A stretch of 32,000 nt of DNA, taken from NCBI RefSeq assembly GCF_000018105.1, contig NC_009925.1, forward strand, positions 4,140,001 to 4,172,000. Direction: 5' to 3'. The notes beneath the pieces are model-generated. The model was not told the DNA's origin and searched no databases. It worked only from the letters and a program-made list of their open reading frames with translations. This stretch comes from Acaryochloris marina MBIC11017 (GTDB lineage Bacteria; Cyanobacteriota; Cyanobacteriia; Thermosynechococcales; Thermosynechococcaceae). Positions 16,938 through 24,309 of the stretch are shown one piece after another (position 1 is the first letter of the stretch; every line of letters begins with the position of its first letter). Made by a program: the position numbers and the translations under genes.

Positions 16938-17177
16938 TTATGCATCGTCATCGTCGTGTTTATCTGACTTTTTCTGGCGGTGATTTAGCCAAGTAATCAG
17001 AGCTTTGCCCCCTAGTGAGGATGCAACCAGAGTGATGTCAAAAATACGGTCTTGTTGCTCTGAAAGGGTGGGTTTATTGGCTAACTGAACGGCTTTACTA
17101 CCTGTGCTAAGAGTAAAGAATAACAAGGTAGTGATGATGAGTTGAGAGATAGCAGTCGATTTGTATGTTTGCATCAT
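16938..17177 (-). CDS. Hypothetical small membrane protein (79 aa)
   Basis: SD ggag lies 4 nt upstream of ATGATG at 17177. One hydrophobic helix AISQLIITTLLFFTL and an acidic DDDDA C-terminus. No family recognised. Confidence 0.35.
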   Translation of the reverse strand: MMQTYKSTAISQLIITTLLFFTLSTGSKAVQLANKPTLSEQQDRIFDITLVASSLGGKALITWLNHRQKKSDKHDDDDA

Positions 17178-17403
17178 GAACTCCGCGATTTTTTCATATA
17201 AGCCCATAGTGCTGAAAAAACCTCTAAAGATCAGTCCCTGTAAAGGTTATGAGAGGGCTGACTTTAGGATGAGTTTGGTATGACTTTGGATGAATTAAAT
17301 GACGGTCAGGCGTATTATCCTCACAAGCGAACACCATATTGTTCGTGAAATGACTGTGCTGATACTGATAAGTAGAATATTGGCAAGTGATGAGAAATAA
17401 AGC

Positions 17404-19776
17404 ATGGCCACGAGATCGCTAGCAGCAACCCCAAAAGGCATCGAAATAATTGAAAGAGCCTTGATGGATAAGCAATGGGGGTGTGATGATCTCAAGAAGC
17501 AGTGTGATTGTAGCCGCCAGCCTGCTGTTAAGTTCTGTGCAGGCAAAAACGTCGATAGAAAGCTTTTTGTTGGTTTTTGCAAAGTATTAGAGCTGGACTG
17601 GGAAGAAATTTCAGGTATTAAGACTGCTTCAGAAGTAGCTGAAACGACTCAGGTTGCAACTGATATAAATACGCTTGTCCAAAAGATTCGTCAGAAAGTA
17701 AAAGCTGATATTCACCATCGCTGTGGCACGATGCGGGTGCTGGATATGGAGCAGCCGATTGGACTGGGTGAAATTTATACTCGCGTCAATATTCTTGAGA
17801 AACTATCTGGAAGGCAGCGTTTAAGGGTTGATGAGCTATGGCAAGATTGCAATATTGATAACTTTGATCGGTGGCTGCTAGGACAGGTGCGTGTCAAACG
17901 AGTACCGGGATTAGAAGCGGTTGAACGTTATAACAAGCTGCTGATTTTAGGTAAGCCTGGAGCGGGTAAAACCACTTTTATGAAGCGGTTAGCAACCCAA
18001 TGCAATCAGGGAAAGTTTGAAGCTTACCGAATTCCTGTGTTTGTCACCCTGAAAGAATTTGCTGAAGCGCCAGGTAAACCCGATTTGCAAAGCTATATTT
18101 TCCAGCAATGGGGAACTTGTGAAATTGAGGAAAATGCTCTTGGCCAGGTTCTAAAAACTGGTCATGTTCTGATTTTATTGGATGGTCTAGATGAAGTTCA
18201 GGCTACGGATCATGATCGGGTTTTGAATTCAATTAAGACATTTACTGAACAGTTTCGCGACTGCCAGTTTGTGATGACTTGTCGGATTGCCGCTCGCGAA
18301 TATACATTTGAGCAGTTTACGGAAGTGGAAGTTGCTGATTTTAACGAAGAGCAAATAGAAGACTTTGCTACCAAGTGGTTTAGAACTAAGCAAGATCCTG
18401 AAAAGGGTGAAAATTTCATCAAACGCTTGCAGGAAAATAAGCCAATTCAAGAGCTAGCAACTAATCCTTTATTGCTGACATTGCTGTGTTTGGTATTCGG
18501 TGAGGCCAATGATTTTCCCCATAATCGTTCAGAGCTTTATAAGGAAGGGCTAGATGTTCTGCTGAAAAAATGGGATGGCAAACGCAATATTGAACGCGAT
18601 CAGGTTTACAAAAAACTGTCCTTGCAGCGTAAAGAAGATCTGTTGAGTCAATTGGCTTATCAAACCTTTGAGCAAGGAGACTACTTTTTTAAACAACGAG
18701 TCATTGAAACTAAAATCATTGACTATATCCGTAATTTGCCAGGTGCTAATGAAGATGAAGAAGCGCTTCAACTGGATAGCGAAGCTGTGCTCAAGTCAAT
18801 TGAAGCCCAGCATGGCCTGCTAGTGGAAAGGGCTAGGGGGATTTATTCCTTCTCACACTTAACTTTTCAAGAATATTTCACGGCTAAACAAATTACTTGT
18901 CCTACTTCTCAACTTCCTAAAGCCCTAGAAAATCTCGCAAAACATTGTTTGGAAAAACGTTATCGAGAGGTCTTTTTTCTTGTTGTAGGAATGTTGCCTG
19001 AAGCCGATGATTTTTTCAGACTGCTCAAAATCCAGATTGATCGATTAATCGCTGATGAACCTAATTTACAAGAGTTTTTGGTTTGGGGTTCTGGAAAAGC
19101 TCAATCAGTTAATGCTGACTATAAATCAGAAGCAATCCGGGCTTACTACCTCTACCTCGCCCTCGCCCGCGCCCGCGCCCGCGCCCGCGACCTCAACCTT
19201 GACCGCGCCCTCGCCCGCGCCCGCGCCCTCAACCTCGCCCTCGCCCGCGCCCGCGCCCTCGCCCGCGACCTCGACCTCGCCCTCGACCTCGCCCTCAATC
19301 TTGACCGCGCCCTCGCCCGCGCCCTCGACCTCGCCCGCGACCTCAACCTCGCCCGCGACCTCAACCTCTACCTCGCCCTCGACCTCACCCTCGACCTCTA
19401 CCTCGCCCTCGACCACGCCCTCGACCAACTAACCAAAATTGAGTCAAAAGGAAAAGATGATCCCGAAATTCTTATTAAATTAAGAGCATTACAATCTCAA
19501 CTCCCTGATTTACAGGACATTCAAGCTTTCAGCAGTTGGTGGAAAGATATGGGAGAATCTTGGATCAAAAATTTGCGCCAAGTCATGATTGACCATCGCA
19601 ATATTGGTCATTATTGGCAATTCACCCCAGCCCAAACGGAAAAACTGCAGCAGTATTTTGAGACCAATCAATTATTGGTTGATTGCCTCAATAGCGATTG
19701 CTACGTCACCAAGGCCACTCGCGAGGAGATCCTGTCAACTTTGCTATTACCGATAAGTGAACTGGAGAAGCAGTAG
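17404..19776 (+). CDS. NACHT-family STAND NTPase with N-terminal HTH-like module, C-terminal dipeptide-repeat array and conserved tail
   Basis: Walker A LILGKPGAGKTTFMKRL, Walker B VLILLDGLDEV, and NACHT-typical FVMTCRI, NPLLLTLLC and HLTFQEYF. The N-terminal approx 65 aa (SLAATPKGIEIIERAL..CSRQPAVKFCAG..VDRKLFVGFCKVLELDWEEI) resembles the module found at the N-terminus of many cyanobacterial NACHT/WD40 proteins. Confidence 0.9.
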   Translation: MATRSLAATPKGIEIIERALMDKQWGCDDLKKQCDCSRQPAVKFCAGKNVDRKLFVGFCKVLELDWEEISGIKTASEVAETTQVATDINTLVQKIRQKVKADIHHRCGTMRVLDMEQPIGLGEIYTRVNILEKLSGRQRLRVDELWQDCNIDNFDRWLLGQVRVKRVPGLEAVERYNKLLILGKPGAGKTTFMKRLATQCNQGKFEAYRIPVFVTLKEFAEAPGKPDLQSYIFQQWGTCEIEENALGQVLKTGHVLILLDGLDEVQATDHDRVLNSIKTFTEQFRDCQFVMTCRIAAREYTFEQFTEVEVADFNEEQIEDFATKWFRTKQDPEKGENFIKRLQENKPIQELATNPLLLTLLCLVFGEANDFPHNRSELYKEGLDVLLKKWDGKRNIERDQVYKKLSLQRKEDLLSQLAYQTFEQGDYFFKQRVIETKIIDYIRNLPGANEDEEALQLDSEAVLKSIEAQHGLLVERARGIYSFSHLTFQEYFTAKQITCPTSQLPKALENLAKHCLEKRYREVFFLVVGMLPEADDFFRLLKIQIDRLIADEPNLQEFLVWGSGKAQSVNADYKSEAIRAYYLYLALARARARARDLNLDRALARARALNLALARARALARDLDLALDLALNLDRALARALDLARDLNLARDLNLYLALDLTLDLYLALDHALDQLTKIESKGKDDPEILIKLRALQSQLPDLQDIQAFSSWWKDMGESWIKNLRQVMIDHRNIGHYWQFTPAQTEKLQQYFETNQLLVDCLNSDCYVTKATREEILSTLLLPISELEKQ
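19147..19425 (+). repeat. In-frame hexanucleotide microsatellite-like array (about 46 units, consensus RMC-CKC) inside the NACHT gene
   Basis: Units are GCCCGC, GCCCTC, GACCTC, AACCTC, GACCGC and TACCTC. They encode YLYLALARARARARDLNLDRALARARALNL...LALDHALD. The stretch is visibly GC-rich (about 70-75%) and has no stops in several frames on both strands. Confidence 0.95.
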
Positions 19777-19814
19777 TCCCTCCCAAAAGGATAGAAAAAA
19801 TAATCTAGAAACGC

Positions 19815-20507
19815 TTATGTATCCTGGGTTGCTGCTTCTTCGCTTACCGAAGTCTGAACTTGCAACTGCTGCCTCAACCAATTGGCTGCTGCCGTATTCG
19901 TCTCCACCGTCAAACGCTCCAGCGTTTCTTCCACAAGACCAGTCGGTAGCCCCGTCAATACCTGTGAAGATTCGAGGATCTCATATACACCCACTTCAGA
20001 TAGCCCAAACGCAAAAAGCTGTCTACCTTTAACATCAATGACCCAATATTCAGCAATTCCCAAACTCGCATAAAGCTGCTTTTGCTCATCTAGATCAATA
20101 TTTAGCGTCGTATCTGCAATTTCTCCTACCAAATCCGGCAAACGGTGGCGATTCAGCTCAATGCGCCGAGGTTCACCCGGTTGCCACCGAGGAAAATTCT
20201 CTCCCTTATACAGCACTAAATCAGGCGCACAAGCATGGGTATCCGGTAGCTCCAATAAGCAACGACCATAGGACTGCAAGGCGGCTTCAGGATGTAAAAA
20301 CGCCCAAACAAAAAAGACCGCCGTAATTAAATCGCTAAATGAAGCATGATTTGGCCCTTCTGTCCCTATATCAACCCATAACCATCCTGCATAAAACGCA
20401 ATCTTGCGCCAGTCGTCTTTCCCATCTCGGATAGCCACATAGTCTTGCCAAGTTGCATCCCGACGCTGGAGGATTAGCGATTCAGTTTTGTCCAGAGAAA
20501 GAGTCAT
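19815..20507 (-). CDS. Uma2-family (DUF820) putative restriction-endonuclease-fold protein
   Basis: PDLVLY, GEPRRIELNRHRLPDLVGEI and LYASLGIAEYWVIDV fit the Uma2 PD-(D/E)xK-like core. The likely start is MTLSLDK at 20507; the ORF opens at 20546. Confidence 0.8.
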   Translation of the reverse strand: MTLSLDKTESLILQRRDATWQDYVAIRDGKDDWRKIAFYAGWLWVDIGTEGPNHASFSDLITAVFFVWAFLHPEAALQSYGRCLLELPDTHACAPDLVLYKGENFPRWQPGEPRRIELNRHRLPDLVGEIADTTLNIDLDEQKQLYASLGIAEYWVIDVKGRQLFAFGLSEVGVYEILESSQVLTGLPTGLVEETLERLTVETNTAAANWLRQQLQVQTSVSEEAATQDT

Positions 20508-20653
20508 GGGTAGACACCTATCGCACCCTTTCATCATAATCTCCATTGATTTAGCTGCTTGGCAAGGGAGATAGAGTAAAGGCTTATGTATTAACGCTGA
20601 CCGGAATACCTAGCAAATTCAAAACTGATTCCAGGTAAATACTACGTCATGTT

Positions 20654-23041
20654 CTAATGCAACAAACAGTGCGCATACTGAGTAGCTCGCTGCATCAACA
20701 ACTGATGAGTAGATCGTTCCGGTTCATCTGGTCCAGGACGCCGTTGGACAAACGTTCCATCTGGCTGCAACTCCCAAGCTTGGCGATTATCCGAAAGCAT
20801 AATTTCCAACAACTCTCGCAGCTCCGCCACTAAAGCCGGATCCTCAATGGGAACCACCGCCTCCACCCGACGGTCCAGATTACGTTGACGCCAGTCCGCA
20901 CTGCCAATCAGCACTGTAGGCTGCCCCTGGTTATGGAAATAGAAAATGCGGTCATGCTCCAGAAAGCGACCGATAATGCTGATCACATTGATGGTCTCGC
21001 TGACTCCCTTAATACCGGGTTTCAGACTACAAATTCCTCGCACAATCAGATCAATCTTCACCCCCGCCTGGGAAGCACGATACAAGGCTCGGATAATTTT
21101 GGGATCGACCAGGGAGTTCATCTTGGCGATGATGCGGCCTGAGTTACTCTGCCGCTGGTGATCAATTTCGCGATTGATCAATTCCAAGATGCGATCGCGC
21201 AAATTAACCGGAGCCACCAACAGCTTCCGATAGCTTTGATGGCGGGAGAACCCCGTCAAATAGTTAAACAGATCCGTCAGATCCGCTCCTAATTCATCGC
21301 GACAGCTCAGCAACCCTAAATCCGTGTAGAGGCGAGCAGTTTTTGGATTGTAGTTGCCCGTGCCAATATGGACATAGCGACGAATTTGCTTACTTTCTCG
21401 ACGCACCACCAGGGCAATCTTGGTGTGGGTTTTGAGCCCCACTAGTCCATAGACCACATGGACGCCGACTTTCTCTAACTTTCTAGCCCAGACAATATTA
21501 TTCTCTTCATCAAATCGAGCTTTTAGCTCCACCAGGGCCACCACTTGCTTGCCATTCTCCGCCGCAGCAATCAGGCTGCTGACAATGGGAGAACTGGCCA
21601 GTCCCCCGTCCGCTGCCGTCCGGTAGAGGGTCATCTTGATCGTCAAAACATTGGGGTCATGGGCGGCTTGGGTGATAAATTTTTGCACCGTCGCCGTAAA
21701 CGAGTCATAGGGATGATGGACGAGAAGATCGCCACCCCGAATCACCGAAAAGATATCCGTGGGCGATTCCTTGATAGCTTTGTCTGGATGCCCATTGGCG
21801 GCGACCACAGGCATCTCCAACTGTTCCACCTTTCGTAATCGCGAGGGCACTATGGGAGTCCAGGGCGCCTGCTGCAAATGGGGGAAGGGGAGAAAGGCCA
21901 GCCCCATCAGATCACTTAGGCTGAGTAGCCCCTCGATATGATAGACATCGCTTTCATCCAGCTCCAGTTCGCGCATCAGGGTCTGACAGATAAAGTCTGG
22001 CGTTCCGGTTTGAATCTCCATGCGCACCACCGATCCAAAGCGGCGTTTGCGTAGTTCTTCCTCAATGGCCAGGAGTAAATCATCCGCTTCATCTTCTTCC
22101 AGCTCTAGGTCGGCATTCCGGGTAATCCGAAATGGGTAACAGGCCTGAATGGTCATGCCCGGAAATAGAAACTCTAGGTTTTGGGCAATCACCTGCTCAA
22201 TGGGGACGCCACTCCAGCGGCAGATCGAACAATCGCAACTGTTCTCCGGTAGTTCAATAAACCGGGGCAGCATACTCGGCACTTTAACGCGAGCGAAATG
22301 TCCATCGCCTGTTTGAGTGTCTTTGACCAGCACCGCTAAACTCAGACTGAGATTGGATATATAGGGAAACGGATGGCCAGGGTCCACGGCCAATGGCGTT
22401 AAGACAGGAAAGATCTGATCTAGAAAGTACTGATGGAGAAAGGCAACTTGCTGTGGATTGAGATTGTCGTAGTCGAGCAGGCAAATATTCTCTTTCGCCA
22501 GCTCAGGTTTGAGGAATTCCGTGAAGTATTGATGTTGTTGCTGAATTTCAGGTTTTAATTCCCGGTGAATGGCGCCGAGTTGAGCTTGGGCCGTTAATCC
22601 GTCTAGGGAACGCTGGGTGACCTGAGCAGCAATTTGCTGCTTTAAGCCCGAGACGCGCACCATAAAATACTCATCTAAGTTTGAGCTATAAATAGCCATA
22701 AACTTGAGCCGCTCTAACAGCAACGTGCGCTCATCAAAAGCTTCATGTAAAACTCGTTGATTGAACTTCAGCCAGCTAATTTCACGATTGAGATAATAGG
22801 CTGGGTCTCGCAGATTAATCTCTTGCGGGGGGGCTGTTGGGGCCTTTGGTGGTGGGGCAGGTGCAGAATCTACCCTCTTGGCCTGAAGCGCTGCCATAAT
22901 GCGATCCGCCTCTGCCTGACTCACCGAGCTGCTGGGCGTGGTGGCCTCGATATGTAAGCTATGACTGAGGGCAAGCACTTCTTTGGAGCTTAGCTGCAGC
23001 TCCCGTGCCAAGGTATAAATTCGAATGCTATCTGAACCCAT
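20654..23041 (-). CDS. ppk: Polyphosphate kinase 1 with IF2_N-like N-terminal extension
   Basis: PPK1 signatures YLNREISWLKFNQRVL, LDEYFMVRV, GLVGLKTHTKIALVVR and IGTGNYN, with two PLD-like C-terminal domains. An extra approx 75 aa precedes the PPK N domain. Confidence 0.95.
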   Translation of the reverse strand: MGSDSIRIYTLARELQLSSKEVLALSHSLHIEATTPSSSVSQAEADRIMAALQAKRVDSAPAPPPKAPTAPPQEINLRDPAYYLNREISWLKFNQRVLHEAFDERTLLLERLKFMAIYSSNLDEYFMVRVSGLKQQIAAQVTQRSLDGLTAQAQLGAIHRELKPEIQQQHQYFTEFLKPELAKENICLLDYDNLNPQQVAFLHQYFLDQIFPVLTPLAVDPGHPFPYISNLSLSLAVLVKDTQTGDGHFARVKVPSMLPRFIELPENSCDCSICRWSGVPIEQVIAQNLEFLFPGMTIQACYPFRITRNADLELEEDEADDLLLAIEEELRKRRFGSVVRMEIQTGTPDFICQTLMRELELDESDVYHIEGLLSLSDLMGLAFLPFPHLQQAPWTPIVPSRLRKVEQLEMPVVAANGHPDKAIKESPTDIFSVIRGGDLLVHHPYDSFTATVQKFITQAAHDPNVLTIKMTLYRTAADGGLASSPIVSSLIAAAENGKQVVALVELKARFDEENNIVWARKLEKVGVHVVYGLVGLKTHTKIALVVRRESKQIRRYVHIGTGNYNPKTARLYTDLGLLSCRDELGADLTDLFNYLTGFSRHQSYRKLLVAPVNLRDRILELINREIDHQRQSNSGRIIAKMNSLVDPKIIRALYRASQAGVKIDLIVRGICSLKPGIKGVSETINVISIIGRFLEHDRIFYFHNQGQPTVLIGSADWRQRNLDRRVEAVVPIEDPALVAELRELLEIMLSDNRQAWELQPDGTFVQRRPGPDEPERSTHQLLMQRATQYAHCLLH

Positions 23042-23561
23042 GGGTTTGTATTTATCTGGAGTGATCTAAGGCAGGGAACGGGGGTTTGGAGAAGAAGCGC
23101 TTAGAGCTTAATTTTGCTGGGCGTAGGTAAACGATACGTTAAGCATGAACACTCCGTTGCAGCTATCGTTACATAGGTTTATCGCTTACCCGATATCGAT
23201 AGGAGGTTAGACCTCGGACCCAAGATGATTGATCTGGGCGGACTGAAGGCTGAACTTTCGATGATGGATCAGTCATTTTCAATCCTAATAGATGTTAGAG
23301 GTTGTGGTCGGTATTTAGGGAGCTGTTGCTGGTGGAGCAAGCCTTTTTGCCCCATCACAGATCCAATTTTTTTGAATATTTTCTGACAAAGGTAAAGATT
23401 ATTAGTGCGGGTCTTAATATGCCGATGTTATATTTAAATCTCTGCTGGGGGTATTCACTGATGACAGTGCTTTTATTTGAACGTACTGTTCATACTTTTT
23501 TCGCTACGAACGACTCAACAGCAGGTGCAACATCGTGGTCCTTACCCAACCGAATTTAGCC

Positions 23562-24227
23562 ATGTCCTCTCACAACTCTGATGACTCACTTTCAGATAGT
23601 GAACTCATTCAAACCTTTGTAGAAGGGTTTGTTCAAGGTCGGCCTGTTTTATTATCTAACGCCAATCTGCGTACTGAGCCGTTGTTTGACAGCATGCAGC
23701 TAATTGACAATAAAGAAGGCCTGATTTCGACGGCGAACCTCAAGCAAGCTCCTATCTCGGCAAAGATTCGTCCCGTATCGGCCTATTGGGGTGTCCTCCA
23801 TGACGCCATGATGGATCAGAGCTTTTATCCCCTCGCCAAAAGCGATATGAGCGATTGCTATATTTATCGCTATTGTGCACCTTCCAACGACTATGAAATG
23901 CAATGCACGACGGCCCGAGAGCTGTGGCGGGTGTGCTGGGGGCGGGGCTATAGCGTCCGGTCCGGTATTCCTTTGGACTTGATGATCTGGGGGCATGGTC
24001 CCACCAGCCATCGAGAAAAATGGCATGCCCTGCGCAATATGGAATGTGAAAATGGCCAATTAGCTATCAAGATTCTTGGAGGCACCATCCGGGTGGATGG
24101 GGAAGATTTAGTGGTCTGGGCGCGTAAAAATGCCAATACCCGGCTATCTTCCGTTAATCGACAAGACCGTGATGGCCAGAGTCCTTTGCGGGCAGGCATG
24201 CGGGGCTATCTTCGGTTGAACAACTGA
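23562..24227 (+). CDS. Hypothetical protein (221 aa), no recognised motif
   Basis: Long ORF with normal coding composition. The first ATG is at 23562; the ORF opens at GTG 23535. The antisense ORFs are shorter. Confidence 0.55.
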   Translation: MSSHNSDDSLSDSELIQTFVEGFVQGRPVLLSNANLRTEPLFDSMQLIDNKEGLISTANLKQAPISAKIRPVSAYWGVLHDAMMDQSFYPLAKSDMSDCYIYRYCAPSNDYEMQCTTARELWRVCWGRGYSVRSGIPLDLMIWGHGPTSHREKWHALRNMECENGQLAIKILGGTIRVDGEDLVVWARKNANTRLSSVNRQDRDGQSPLRAGMRGYLRLNN

Positions 24228-24309
24228 TCCATCGAGCCATCATGGCTCAAAGGTAACAGAACAGACAGGGGCATCTTCAACGCCAGCTTGCAGCTTGTAC
24301 AGAGCAGAC

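Noticed and set aside
17259-17293. An imperfect direct repeat, tgactttaggatga / tgactttggatga, upstream of the NACHT gene, and a 6-bp hairpin at 17327-17344.
   Set aside because: These are short and imperfect, so I cannot distinguish them from chance without comparative data. They are noted only as possible regulator sites.
17295-17582. A 95-aa minus-strand ORF overlapping the NACHT start. Similar short antisense ORFs lie at 3393-3629, 3187-3375, 12520-12753, 12761-12958, 23302-23559 and 28897-29109.
   Set aside because: They overlap better-supported genes or sit in intergenic DNA without an RBS. Their products are low-complexity or have atypical composition.
19055-19432. Three overlapping ORFs in other frames or on the other strand across the NACHT repeat: 19055-19432 (+) PAPAPA/TSTS-rich, 19126-19428 (-) GEVEVE-rich, and 19152-19364 (-) RARSRA-rich.
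   Set aside because: They are by-products of the stop-free hexanucleotide repeat. They coincide exactly with the repeat, lack RBS context, and the NACHT frame continues with conserved domains on both sides.
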